This document shows positions 27,640-37,480 of a stretch of 64,000 nucleotides of DNA, in pieces. The translations under genes were made by a program, and so were the position numbers. The notes beneath the pieces were generated by a model. That model ran no database searches and was not told the DNA's origin. It saw only the letters and a list, made by a program, of their open reading frames with translations. Positions within the stretch are counted from its first letter, which is position 1, and every line of letters begins with the position of its first letter. Location: positions 62,001-126,000 of the IMG/VR virus record IMGVR_UViG_3300028654_000384. The stretch is one strand, 5' to 3'.

Positions 27640-28289
27640 AACTCCGCGTCGGCGACCTCAAGCGCATCCTTGTCGAGGCCCAGCGTGGCCAACTGACGAC
27701 CTATCACCGCATCCTGTTGACCGAGGAGGGCGATTCGGCTGCCCACACCGAAGGTGGTAGCGGTGAGTCGCTCGACAATCAGGTCGACAAGTACCTGATG
27801 CAGTACGAGAACGACTCCAAGAAGACCGACGGTGAAGTCCCCGGGGGTACGGTGGGCCAGATGGAGTCGGCTGACTGGCGCGACATCTGCCGTGGCATTC
27901 TGAATGAGGCAGGCGATGATGACGCCGCCGACAAGCCCGCCAAGCCTGACCCCGATGCCGATGGCACCGAGGACGCCGGCGCGCCCGCCAAGCTCGGTGT
28001 TGACAGCCTCGACGTCGAGAAGTTCGCCAGCAACGTCGTCCGCCTGATCGAGAACTACGACAGCCTGCTCGAGGTGCGCAATACCCTGATGCGCCGCGCC
28101 AAGGCATTCTTGGCCAAGACCTACGATGATGAGGTCTGCAAGACCTACGACGACGTGCTGCGCGATGACCACGGCATGGAGCCCGGTGCCAACAAGGGCG
28201 AGCTCAACGCCGACAAGTACCCAGCGCCCGCCGCCGACCGTGCCAGTGGCAGCGCCGAAGCGGGCCCCGGAGGGGGAGGCGCTCCGTGA
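27636..28289 (+). CDS. Tagged hypothetical (putative virion) protein
   Basis: MKLRVGDLKRILVEA. Confidence 0.7.
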   Translation: MKLRVGDLKRILVEAQRGQLTTYHRILLTEEGDSAAHTEGGSGESLDNQVDKYLMQYENDSKKTDGEVPGGTVGQMESADWRDICRGILNEAGDDDAADKPAKPDPDADGTEDAGAPAKLGVDSLDVEKFASNVVRLIENYDSLLEVRNTLMRRAKAFLAKTYDDEVCKTYDDVLRDDHGMEPGANKGELNADKYPAPAADRASGSAEAGPGGGGAP

Positions 28290-28672
28290 AGAGAAACGGC
28301 GTCCTCAGGAGAAAGAACATACACGTCAAGCTGACCCGGGAGACGCACACTGCCTTCAAGATGCGCCTGTTGGAGCACGACGTGCCGATGCAGCGTGCCT
28401 TTGAGGCCTTCGCCGAGGCCGTCGCCGACGGTTGGCAACCTGCAATCAACATCGTCATCCGCGAAGTCCGCCGGAAGTTGAAAGACGAGTTGTTGTCGGT
28501 GGGCATCAAGCCGATCGACCTGAAGCGCAAGTTGAAGGCGCCTGGTCCTGTCAGTGAACTCGACGCAGACACGTTGTATGATTTGATCAGCGACGACGAG
28601 GATGATTCGGAATCGCCCAATGACGATGAAGAACCACCCATGACGCAAGGACATCACCATGAAGCTGCTTGA
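28286..28672 (+). CDS. Ribbon-helix-helix-like protein
   Basis: KNIHVKLTRETHTAFKMRL...MQRAFE. Confidence 0.5.
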   Translation: MKRNGVLRRKNIHVKLTRETHTAFKMRLLEHDVPMQRAFEAFAEAVADGWQPAINIVIREVRRKLKDELLSVGIKPIDLKRKLKAPGPVSELDADTLYDLISDDEDDSESPNDDEEPPMTQGHHHEAA

Positions 28673-28934
28673 TAAGGCCTTCAACAAGGCGCTGATGTTG
28701 GCTCCACCCATCGTGGAGTTAGTCAATGCCCTCAAGTCATGCGTGGACACGCTGCATGAACTAGCGCAGCACACGGCATCGCTGATTCGTACCCAGACTT
28801 ATCACCAGCGCGTTCTCGAACACCTGCACGCTCAACAGCAGCAGATCATCGGTCGCATGATGGAACACAAGCTCGACACCACGCTGCCCGCACTCGGCGA
28901 CGGCGTCATTGACGACAAGAACAAGCCCAATTGA
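28659..28934 (+). CDS. Hypothetical protein
   Basis: ORF track. Confidence 0.6.
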   Translation: MKLLDKAFNKALMLAPPIVELVNALKSCVDTLHELAQHTASLIRTQTYHQRVLEHLHAQQQQIIGRMMEHKLDTTLPALGDGVIDDKNKPN

Positions 28935-29026
28935 ATTCACGAGGAGAACACCATGGTCGACAAGAAGAAGTCATCGCCTGACAAGGGCACCCAGGGTCAC
29001 GTCATCCCGGGGACGGATCCGATTCT

Positions 29027-29431
29027 ATGAGCCTCTCTGTCTTCGGCGTCGTCCTCAACTTTCTCAAGGCACACTGGGGCGCGATCGCGCTGGTCGGCCT
29101 CGTGGCGGTGGGTTATGGCTGGTTCCACCACCAGAATGCGCTCAACGTCGCTGCACTTGCACAGCTCAACACCGCCCACCAAGTCGAGATCACCGCAATC
29201 AACAAGGCCCGTGCCGACGAGGAAGCACAGCACGCGCAGGAGCAGCAGGCCCTGCAGGCGTCGCTGGCTCAGGCCCAACAACAGTTTGAGCAGGCCACCG
29301 CTGCACTGGCAGTGAAGCAGGCCGCCGAACAAACGAAGATCGCCAAGCAGTACGCCAATGATCCCGTTGGGCTAGCGACGCTGTTGAGCGCCAAGTTCGG
29401 TTTCGCCGTGCAACCCCCGGCGGGCCAGTGA
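29027..29431 (+). CDS. Inner-membrane spanin-like protein
   Basis: N-terminal TM followed by Ala/Gln-rich coiled coil. Confidence 0.5.
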   Translation: MSLSVFGVVLNFLKAHWGAIALVGLVAVGYGWFHHQNALNVAALAQLNTAHQVEITAINKARADEEAQHAQEQQALQASLAQAQQQFEQATAALAVKQAAEQTKIAKQYANDPVGLATLLSAKFGFAVQPPAGQ

Positions 29432-29439
29432 GGTCGCTC

Positions 29440-30000
29440 ATGAATTCACCTCGCATCATCGCCACGGTGACAGTCGTCGCCCTGATCGCTGCAACGTCGG
29501 TGCCCGCTTGGGCCGACGACGCCGTGCTCGCAGCGAACCATGCAGCATCGGATGCAGCCTCCAACGCAGCTAGCGCTCGGGTCACCGTAGCGCTCACTGC
29601 CCCTGCACCGGTGGTCACCACGCCGCCCCCAGTAATTACGCCGCTCAAGCTTGGGCAGGTAGCTCCGTACCCGGGTGTGCTATTTTCTCCCAGCGCTGTA
29701 GGCCAGATCATTGCCCAGCAGGACACGGCGATGGCCACGTTGCAGTTGTCGGTGCAGCACCAGGCGACGATCGACGCAGATCAACAGAAGTTTGCCCTTG
29801 ATGCCGCGGCGACGACGTGCACCACTGACAAGAGCATCTTTAGCGCGCAATTGACCGACGCACAGAAGCAGAACTTGATCCTGCAGGACGAGCTGAAACG
29901 TGAGTCATCGGGCCCAGGCGCGGGCACGTGGATCGGTCTCGGCGTCGTCGGTGGCATCGTCTTGACGGTAGTGACCGCGTTTGCCGTGGGTAAGCTCTGA
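29440..30000 (+). CDS. Secreted coiled-coil protein with C-terminal TM
   Basis: Signal peptide ending AWA, LKLGQVAPYPGVLF, C-terminal hydrophobic helix. Confidence 0.6.
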   Translation: MNSPRIIATVTVVALIAATSVPAWADDAVLAANHAASDAASNAASARVTVALTAPAPVVTTPPPVITPLKLGQVAPYPGVLFSPSAVGQIIAQQDTAMATLQLSVQHQATIDADQQKFALDAAATTCTTDKSIFSAQLTDAQKQNLILQDELKRESSGPGAGTWIGLGVVGGIVLTVVTAFAVGKL

Positions 30001-30034
30001 CCAGCGACCTATTTACGTTGGTGAGGTCGTGCTC

Positions 30035-30406
30035 ATGGCAAACTTGTGGATCAAGGATCAGAACGGCGATCCCAGCGTCATTGTGACACTGGTCGCGGTG
30101 TCGTTTGTGGCGGTGACAGTGGGCTACGTGATGTCGCTGTTCGATCGCATCGGCACCGTGTCAATCAGGCCCTTCGACGTCGCGGCGTGTGGTGCTTATT
30201 TCGGGAGCGTGATGGCCGCCTTCGTGGGCCACCATTGGGTGACGACCAAGTACGTCAATGGTCAAGTCGTCACCGATGATTCGTCGGCGACCGTCACCAC
30301 GACCCAATCAGGCAGCGGTAACACCGTCACCGCGACGACTGATGCAACGTCGACGACCACGACGATGCCAGTGGTGCCAGGAACGAACCCCGGGGTCACG
30401 ACATGA
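30035..30406 (+). CDS. Two-TM membrane protein (holin-like?)
   Basis: Hydrophobic segments, Thr-rich tail, TATTTA at 30010. Confidence 0.5.
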   Translation: MANLWIKDQNGDPSVIVTLVAVSFVAVTVGYVMSLFDRIGTVSIRPFDVAACGAYFGSVMAAFVGHHWVTTKYVNGQVVTDDSSATVTTTQSGSGNTVTATTDATSTTTTMPVVPGTNPGVTT

Positions 30407-31623
30407 CGACCATTGTCACCGACGATGCCCTCCGCGAGATGGTGCGCGAGGCGCTCTCCAACACGGGCTGGAGCAATGAGGACGCGGGCACTGCCAACGT
30501 CAACCCCGTCGTCGATCCGTCGAAGGCCGTCACCGACCCCGTCAACCCCAACTTCACGCCCCAGACCAAGACCGAGTTCGGCGTGGCGATCAATCAGCTA
30601 GTCAGGAACCTACCCGACACCGAGATGCCCGACCTGTATGGCGTCGTCAAGAAGACGCTAGACCAGCGGACTGAAAAAGAAGAGGAACAAGCGATGGACA
30701 AGAAGGCAGTGCAAGGCGGTTCTCAAGAAGCGATCGATGACGCGAAGAAGAAGCAAGCTGAGGCGGTGATCCGCAAGGCCGTCCGCAAGGCGCTGGCTGA
30801 GGCACCCCTGCCCCCGGTCAAGAAGATCCCGATCGGTGTCCACGGCAAGGAATTCAACGATCGGGTCGAGAAGACGAAGGCCGGCCTCAAGAAGTCGTTG
30901 GGCACCGCGGCGGCTGAACTCGATAAGCCTGATCAAGAAGAACTTGATGCTGTTGCCGATGGCGGTAATGCACCTAAAGGGCGCAACAAGGCATACAAGC
31001 CCGGCGCGTTGGGGGGCATGCAGGACGTCGGCGGTCAGTCGTTTGAGGCCATTGCCAAGGAAGTGGGCATGTCGGTCGCCGGTGCCAAGCAGCTCGTCGA
31101 CAAGTCACTGGAGAAGTTGAAGTGGCTGCACCGCCTGCCCGAAGACGACCGTGACATCCTGATCCTCACCACCGCCAACGACTACATCAAGACGCTGGCG
31201 CAATCGGGCGAGCTGACGGCGCCCGACATTCAACTGATGAAGGATCACCCGACGATCGTCACCGAGCTCGACGGTTTCCGCGAGTACCTGCACGACGTCA
31301 TCACCAAGGCACGCAAGCCCGGCAAGAAAATCAACGCCTTCGGCGAGGGGACGGAGGCCGACGAGGTCAACCAGCTCAACGAGTCCGCCAAACGCTTGGT
31401 CACCACGTTGACCGAGGTCATCGGCAACCACGCCGTGGTGCAGGCCGACATGCGAGGCCCCTACATCGTCATCGAGGGCCGCGAAGCCCGCCCGCGTGAT
31501 CCCAACAAGACGCAGTACGCCGCGGGCACCAAGGTGCGAGTGCACCAGCGGGCCAGCAAGGGCGTGTCATTGGTGGAGATGCCCAACGGGGAACAGTGGA
31601 CATTGAAGGGCATGAAGGGCTAA
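30403..31623 (+). CDS. Tagged protein with sigma-region-4-like HTH
   Basis: LREMVREAL; SFEAIAKEVGMSVAGAKQLVDKSLEKL. Confidence 0.6.
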   Translation: MTTIVTDDALREMVREALSNTGWSNEDAGTANVNPVVDPSKAVTDPVNPNFTPQTKTEFGVAINQLVRNLPDTEMPDLYGVVKKTLDQRTEKEEEQAMDKKAVQGGSQEAIDDAKKKQAEAVIRKAVRKALAEAPLPPVKKIPIGVHGKEFNDRVEKTKAGLKKSLGTAAAELDKPDQEELDAVADGGNAPKGRNKAYKPGALGGMQDVGGQSFEAIAKEVGMSVAGAKQLVDKSLEKLKWLHRLPEDDRDILILTTANDYIKTLAQSGELTAPDIQLMKDHPTIVTELDGFREYLHDVITKARKPGKKINAFGEGTEADEVNQLNESAKRLVTTLTEVIGNHAVVQADMRGPYIVIEGREARPRDPNKTQYAAGTKVRVHQRASKGVSLVEMPNGEQWTLKGMKG

Positions 31624-31629
31624 ACGTCG

Positions 31630-32409
31630 ATGGACGGCATCACCACATACGTGCCCAAGACGCAGGTCGTCGCCGCGGTACAATACGAGGTGCGCCTGAT
31701 GCAGCCTCGCGCCAACATCGAGGTCGCCAAGCAACTGTGCTATGAAGCGGCAGCGAAAGGCGCCAAGCTCATCGTGCTGCCCGAGCTGTGCATCGGTGGG
31801 GCGGTGCTGAGGTCGACCGACGAGGCTTTCAAGGTATGCCAAGAGGCCGACGGGTGGCAGACGCAGGCCTTCGTGCCCATTGCCCAACGATTCAACGCCC
31901 ACATTGTCTTCGGCTACACCCAGTGGTGTGAGGGCAAGTTCTACAACTCGGCGGCGATGGTAGGACCGACAGGGTTGGTGGGTAACTGGCAGAAGCACAA
32001 TCTTTTCGGCGGGGATAATTTGTGGGCGCAGCCAAGCGAACAAACACCACCCATCGTGCTGACCCCCGCGGGGCGCGTCGGTGTGCTGATCTGCCGTGAC
32101 ATCAGCAATCGCATGCGCGAGAGCTACGTCTTTCACCAACCCGGCCAGCGTTTCTACAAGCCCGGTCAGGTCGACGTCATTGCGTGCCCGGTCAATTGGG
32201 GCAGCGCCTTCTCATATCCCGCCAGTGAGTGGGTCGAGTTGGTCGAGCAGACGCGTGCCAACGTCATCGTCAGCAATCGGGTGGGCGAGGAACGCGACAT
32301 GAGTTACAAGGGAGGCTCGGCGATCATTGACCGTGACCGCCGCATCTGGACCAATGGCTCCAGTTTCACAGAAGCTGCCGTCGTGGGCGGCGTGGTGGTG
32401 TTGGGATAA
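31630..32409 (+). CDS. Carbon-nitrogen hydrolase (nitrilase superfamily)
   Basis: E-K-C triad: VLPEL, QKHNL, LICRD. Confidence 0.9.
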   Translation: MDGITTYVPKTQVVAAVQYEVRLMQPRANIEVAKQLCYEAAAKGAKLIVLPELCIGGAVLRSTDEAFKVCQEADGWQTQAFVPIAQRFNAHIVFGYTQWCEGKFYNSAAMVGPTGLVGNWQKHNLFGGDNLWAQPSEQTPPIVLTPAGRVGVLICRDISNRMRESYVFHQPGQRFYKPGQVDVIACPVNWGSAFSYPASEWVELVEQTRANVIVSNRVGEERDMSYKGGSAIIDRDRRIWTNGSSFTEAAVVGGVVVLG

Positions 32410-32465
32410 TGTCTGGCGCCTGAGCGGGTTGATTAAGCCCAGTCAGGCCGTCAATTGATCACCGC

Positions 32466-32924
32466 TTACCGAATGTGGACTTCTAGCCCCTGAGGGCCTT
32501 GGTGTTCTTGTGAGTGCTGACGATCCTGCTCTTGGCGCTCTTTGTCCTGTCGCTCTTTGTTCTGTTGCTCTTGCCTCTGTTGCTCCTGAAAATTACGGTC
32601 TTGTTGGTCACGTTCTTCGTGCTTGCGCGCCTCTTCTTGTTTCTGCTTGTCTTCTTGCACACGCTGCTGGCGAAGGCGCTCTGCCTGATTCGCTTGTTCC
32701 TGACGTTGCAGCGCTTGCTGAGCGCTGTTCTGTCGCTGTTGTTCCTGCTGAATCTGAAACTGACGATCGCGCTCGGTGTTGTCAACAACAACGGGCGGGG
32801 CTGCGGGCACGAACACCTGTTGTGGCGCCGGCACGGGTTCTGGCGTGGACTGAACGGGTGCTTGGCAACCGATTGCCACCGTCGACGCGGCGAGTAGTGA
32901 GAATAGAATTGACTTGAATTGCAT
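32466..32924 (-). CDS. Gln/Glu/Arg-rich lipoprotein
   Basis: LAASTVAIGC lipobox, low-complexity charged coil. Confidence 0.6.
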   Translation of the reverse strand: MQFKSILFSLLAASTVAIGCQAPVQSTPEPVPAPQQVFVPAAPPVVVDNTERDRQFQIQQEQQRQNSAQQALQRQEQANQAERLRQQRVQEDKQKQEEARKHEERDQQDRNFQEQQRQEQQNKERQDKERQEQDRQHSQEHQGPQGLEVHIR

Positions 32925-33055
32925 GGTATTTCTCCATCGAATACTTAACTAAGTCAGTGCAATTGTTGTCCACTAATTCGCGATGAATTCTCAATCCGAG
33001 CATGTTGAAAGTTCGCGGAATCCTGACAGCGTACCACCCACGACCTACTTAGATC

Positions 33056-33466
33056 ATGAGCCAGCTGTCTCGCCTTCACGAGAACTTCATTGCCCAGTCC
33101 GAGCGACCCATGGACTTCGGTCGGTTACCCATCACTGCGCAGCAGGCCCAGTCCCCCGTGGTGCCCATGGATCGGTGGCAGGCGATCGACGGTGCCCTGC
33201 ACAAGACGTACCGCTTTCGGGAATCCGAGCACCGCAACGAGTTCATCGTCTCGTGGTTGGCCTACGAGCACCAGACGCAGCACCACGCCCGTTTGACCCT
33301 CGACGAGGGTGAGGTCAGCCTCCGCCTCCAGACCCGCGACACCCAGCGCATCACTGAACTCGATAAGGAAGCGGCTCGCTATGCCGACGTGTTGTACAAG
33401 GACCTCGTCTCGCGCCCAACTACGGTGACGTCGTCGGGTGATGACCAAGACGCTGACACGTTGTAG
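33056..33466 (+). CDS. Pterin-4a-carbinolamine dehydratase-like protein
   Basis: W...GALHKTYRF...F......HH..L....V.L.L.T.D...ITELD...A; TACTTA upstream. Confidence 0.7.
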   Translation: MSQLSRLHENFIAQSERPMDFGRLPITAQQAQSPVVPMDRWQAIDGALHKTYRFRESEHRNEFIVSWLAYEHQTQHHARLTLDEGEVSLRLQTRDTQRITELDKEAARYADVLYKDLVSRPTTVTSSGDDQDADTL

Positions 33467-33475
33467 GATCGTGCT

Positions 33476-33895
33476 ATGGAGCTCAAGGCACAGTCACCCA
33501 CGCTGATGATGAGCGAGGCCCTGAAGGGTCGCCTGACCGACGATGACGGGGTCGTGGGTGAGGATACACCACCCGTCCTTGCGGTGACCGTCGTTGCCGT
33601 CATCAAGGTGGGTGACAAGCAGACGGCGATCGTGGGCCTGCTGAGGAGCGCGCTGTTCGACACGGACACGCCAGAGCTGGAGTTCAAGGTGCAGCTCTCC
33701 GATGCCCTCGACTTCGTCGCCGCCAAGTCGTTGTTGTTTCAAGGCTTTGAGCTGCACCACGGCGCCACCTGCGCCGTCGCTGTTGAAGGCCCCTTCATCG
33801 TCAAGGGTGCCCGGATCGATGACATCAACGTTGTTGAACAATTGTGCGTGCTGTGTTTGGGCCTCGAACGCACGATTCGCACCGTGACCGCCTAG
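33476..33895 (+). CDS. Hypothetical protein
   Basis: ORF with TAGGAT 6 nt upstream. Confidence 0.6.
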   Translation: MELKAQSPTLMMSEALKGRLTDDDGVVGEDTPPVLAVTVVAVIKVGDKQTAIVGLLRSALFDTDTPELEFKVQLSDALDFVAAKSLLFQGFELHHGATCAVAVEGPFIVKGARIDDINVVEQLCVLCLGLERTIRTVTA

Positions 33896-33904
33896 TTATT
33901 TGCC

Positions 33905-34975
33905 ATGAGTGGCATGGTACCTCGCACGGGTGAAGAGACGCTGATCGACATGTCGACGACGGAAGATGACTGCATGGACAGCATGGACCTACAATCAATT
34001 GTCGATCGAAACATGGACATTGCCGTCCGGGACAATGGTTACACCGAGCTTGCCAGCATGTCTCCCGAAAACGCTGCCATTGACTTGTGTACCTATTCAC
34101 AAGAACTTGAAAACTTTGACATCGACGACGTTGCAGCTTGTGTTAGTGTCTGGCGAGCGAGTCACAAGCAACTTGAGGATGCCAACCCGCCCATCGACAT
34201 GTCGATGACGGAAGAGGATGATATAGACACCGAACGCTACGAAGCGACCGTCACCGTCGCTAAACCCGACGAGGCAGTGAAGAGCGCCAAGCAGTGGAAC
34301 CTGCGGGCGACGCAAGCGACGGTGGGTCATTCACACGACGTCACCTTTGAAGGCAACTACGGCGACCTGATGAACTTTATGACGGCATATCTATCGATGT
34401 CGAGTGCCGACGCCGATACCTACGTGGATCGGGTACCGGATCGACAACAGGAGAGCAGACAGATGACGAAACCGATGAACGAGACGATGGATGATGACAT
34501 GGACGAAGGCTCTGCCGACGATGAGAAGTCGCCACGTGGTGATGAGCACGAGTGGCTTGACTTGCCTGACGGCAAGGTCTCACGTGAAGACGACGACGAT
34601 TTTGCCTCAGGTGGCGGTGCTCTCGCGCCTCACATGAGCGAGACGATGGATGACGACGACATGGACGAGGCCGGGCCGCCCCCGCCTCCGTCAACTGCGC
34701 CCCCGACGTCAACGCCGCCTCCGACGACCACGCCGCCGACCAAACCCTCGTCGACTCCACCACCGTCGAGCACGCCGTCGTCGACCCCACCTACGCCGAC
34801 CCCTCCCATAAAGACTGAGTCGACAGAGTTCGATCTGTTCATGGATCGCATTGTCATCGACGAGGCACGCGTCCGTAAGGTCGATCTCCCGGAGAACAAC
34901 CCGATGCGGCGCCTGGCCAAGAACTACCAAGAACGACCCATGGGCCGCACCCGGTTCGTCAAGCGGGGCACGTGA
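33905..34975 (+). CDS. Acidic modular protein with Pro/Thr linker (putative head protein)
   Basis: Repeated M(N/S)ETMDDD(D)MDE, P/T/S tract, TAGTTA upstream. Confidence 0.65.
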   Translation: MSGMVPRTGEETLIDMSTTEDDCMDSMDLQSIVDRNMDIAVRDNGYTELASMSPENAAIDLCTYSQELENFDIDDVAACVSVWRASHKQLEDANPPIDMSMTEEDDIDTERYEATVTVAKPDEAVKSAKQWNLRATQATVGHSHDVTFEGNYGDLMNFMTAYLSMSSADADTYVDRVPDRQQESRQMTKPMNETMDDDMDEGSADDEKSPRGDEHEWLDLPDGKVSREDDDDFASGGGALAPHMSETMDDDDMDEAGPPPPPSTAPPTSTPPPTTTPPTKPSSTPPPSSTPSSTPPTPTPPIKTESTEFDLFMDRIVIDEARVRKVDLPENNPMRRLAKNYQERPMGRTRFVKRGT

Positions 34976-35664
34976 TGACAAAGCACGTCAAGTTGACCGA
35001 CGCCAAGTCGCTGTTCGCCTACATTGACAACGTCTTCGCCGAGGGCATCAAGAGCACCCTGCACCAGAAGGCGTTGGCCGAGAAGGACAAGCAGGGCACG
35101 GGCGGGGGTTCAACCAACGCCAACGATGACCTGTTCGGTGCGGGCAGTGGTGGCGATGATCAGGGCGGCAGCGATCAAGGCACCGACGACCACACCGACA
35201 AACCCAGTTCATCGAAGACGATGGACGACGAGAACAGCAAGCTGAAGGACGCCGACGTCGAGCCCAAGGACATCGTCGACAAGCTGAACTCGATCAGGAG
35301 CGGCAAGTCGTTCAAGGACAGCGCCGTCAAAGGGGCGATGGACGAGTGGATCAACAGCCTGTCGAAGACTGAGCGCGTTGCGCTGTTCGCCTTCGTCCGC
35401 GGCATCGCCCAGATCGTCACCGGTGAAGTGCCCGCCAAGCAGGCTGAGGAGCCCGGCAAGCACCCGGCCGACATCAAGATGGACAAGACCAACGAACCAC
35501 ACACTAAGGAAGTGCGTCCCAATGTTATTAAGGGTGCTGGGGGCGACAAGCCCGCAGGCAGCAAGCACTCGGGCGCCACGAGCCCACAGAAAAAATCGCA
35601 CGGCACCGATGAGGAGAACACCGACGCGCCGATCAGCGCACCAATTCAGGCGAAGCGGCGTTGA
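34972..35664 (+). CDS. Hypothetical (putative virion) protein
   Basis: ORF track; coupled overlap. Confidence 0.7.
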   Translation: MMTKHVKLTDAKSLFAYIDNVFAEGIKSTLHQKALAEKDKQGTGGGSTNANDDLFGAGSGGDDQGGSDQGTDDHTDKPSSSKTMDDENSKLKDADVEPKDIVDKLNSIRSGKSFKDSAVKGAMDEWINSLSKTERVALFAFVRGIAQIVTGEVPAKQAEEPGKHPADIKMDKTNEPHTKEVRPNVIKGAGGDKPAGSKHSGATSPQKKSHGTDEENTDAPISAPIQAKRR

Positions 35665-35689
35665 CCACACAACGTGGATGGTATAAGAT
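35661..35689 (+). promoter_or_regulatory. Sigma70-type promoter, leaderless
   Basis: TTGACC-17 nt-TAAGAT, ATG 6 nt downstream. Confidence 0.75.
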
Positions 35690-35695
35690 TAGCGC

Positions 35696-36209
35696 ATGAC
35701 TGACCCGCAATTCGTCGACATCCGCTACATCCCGCTGCCCATGGGCGGCACCCTCGAAGTCAAGGTGACGCAGCCGTTTCTCGATCGCCTGCGCGCCCAC
35801 TTTGGGCTACTGGCACAACAACCCGTGGATGATGATCAGATCAGGATGTACTTATACGGTGCAATGGACACGGCCGTCACCAAGGCCGAAGCTGAGGTCA
35901 ACAAGGATGTCGTCGAACCCAAGCGAAGCAAGAAGAAGGCAAAGCGAGTCAAGGCGCCTGCTAAGGACGCTGGTAAACCTCGTGGTCGAAAGACGCGTAA
36001 GGGAAGCTGACGTGTCAGACGGCTCGCGGGTGCCCCACGGCTCCAGCAAGCACGTCAAAGATCTGGAGACGCGGATCAGGTCGCTGACCACGTGGCGAGA
36101 CCGACAGAAGCGTGGGTCGGAAGCGCGTGCCAACTATAGTCGCCTCATTCAACGCCTGAAGGGTGAACTTGCCAGCGCTAAACGCGCGTCGGCGAAGAAG
36201 GACGACTGA
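35696..36209 (+). CDS. Two hypothetical proteins (35696-36010, 36012-36209)
   Basis: ORF track. Confidence 0.65.
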
Positions 36210-36211
36210 AC

Positions 36212-37480
36212 GTGGGAGGTGCGAGCGGGCATCTTCGACATTTGCACGACAACCTCGACCTGACGTTCGGGGAGTTGAAGGATGTGTTGTCGTCGGCGGC
36301 CGATGGCAAGCTCGAGCGCACCAGTGAAAAACTCGACGGGATCAACCTAGTCTTCACGTGGGCGGGTGATCAACTGAAAGTAGCCCGCTCGGGCGGTGAC
36401 ATCAAGAGCGGCGGCATGGACGCTGTAGGTCTGGCGACCAAGTTTCAGGGGCGCGGCAACCTGGCCGACGCCTTCAACGGTGCCTTCAAGGTGCTCCGCG
36501 ACGCGGTGGGCTCGCTGAGCGACGCCGTCCGAGCCAAGGTCTTCAACGACGGCCGCACCTGGTACTCGATTGAGGTCATCTACTCCAAGAATCCCAACGT
36601 CATCAACTATGACGCCAACTACGTTGTCTTCCACGCCAGTCCCGTCTTCCACGTCTCACGCGCCGGCGAGGTCAAGAAGCTCGACTCTGCTCCCGGCGTG
36701 GCCTTGTTGGAGAAGCACGTCGACAACATGCAGCGTGCCCTGACGCAGCGTAGTTGGCAGGTCAGGGGCCCGGCTCTGGTTCGCCTCAAGAAGCTGAGCG
36801 ACGGCAACGCCGTCAAACGTGCCTTCACCATGATCGGTCAGGCACAGTCGATCGCCGGAGTGGGTGACGATGATACCCTCGGCGATTACCTCGCGGCGCG
36901 GATGACTGATGAAGTCGCGGGGCTCGACCTGCCACCCAAGGTCGCCAAAGCGGTGACGGCTCGGGCGGTGGGCAACCCGGGCGCACCGTCGTTGCTCAAC
37001 CTGAAGAAGCTCGTCTCGCCCGACCAATATGCCGCCGTCAATCACTTTGTCAAGGCATCGCCGGGCCTGCTGAAGAAGTTCATTGAGCCCATCGAGCGTG
37101 CCGTCCATGAGTTTGCGATTGAGGCCCTGCGTGGCATGCACTCCACGCTCATCGGCAACAACGACGCCGAGGTGCAGCGCCTGCGGGGTGAGGTCGCCCG
37201 GGCCGTCAAGGCGATTGAAGCCAGCGGCGACGCCACGGCGATGGACGTGTTGCAGAAGCAGATGACGAAGTTGGGTAGCATCGAGAATGTCAGCAGCGCG
37301 ATGGAGGGCGTTGTCTTCACGTGGAAGGGCAACTCATATAAGTTCACGGGTGGGTTTGCGCCTGCCAACCAGATCCTCGGCCTGTTCAAGTACGGGCGCA
37401 AGGGCGTAAAGATCCCCGTTCAAGAGGCCTATTTAAGGCACGCGGTCGCTCGGTTGGTCGCCAATGGGAGACACAGATGA
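36212..37480 (+). CDS. Ligase-superfamily covalent nucleotidyltransferase-like protein (DUF6267-like)
   Basis: GGASGHLRHLHD start; motif I EKLDG, motif IV EGVV, motif V-like YKFTG. Confidence 0.65.
   Translation: MGGASGHLRHLHDNLDLTFGELKDVLSSAADGKLERTSEKLDGINLVFTWAGDQLKVARSGGDIKSGGMDAVGLATKFQGRGNLADAFNGAFKVLRDAVGSLSDAVRAKVFNDGRTWYSIEVIYSKNPNVINYDANYVVFHASPVFHVSRAGEVKKLDSAPGVALLEKHVDNMQRALTQRSWQVRGPALVRLKKLSDGNAVKRAFTMIGQAQSIAGVGDDDTLGDYLAARMTDEVAGLDLPPKVAKAVTARAVGNPGAPSLLNLKKLVSPDQYAAVNHFVKASPGLLKKFIEPIERAVHEFAIEALRGMHSTLIGNNDAEVQRLRGEVARAVKAIEASGDATAMDVLQKQMTKLGSIENVSSAMEGVVFTWKGNSYKFTGGFAPANQILGLFKYGRKGVKIPVQEAYLRHAVARLVANGRHR

Noticed and set aside
34675-34810. Pro/Thr/Ser tract as a DNA tandem repeat or phase-variation locus
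   Set aside because: Codons vary; it is a low-complexity protein linker, not a perfect repeat.
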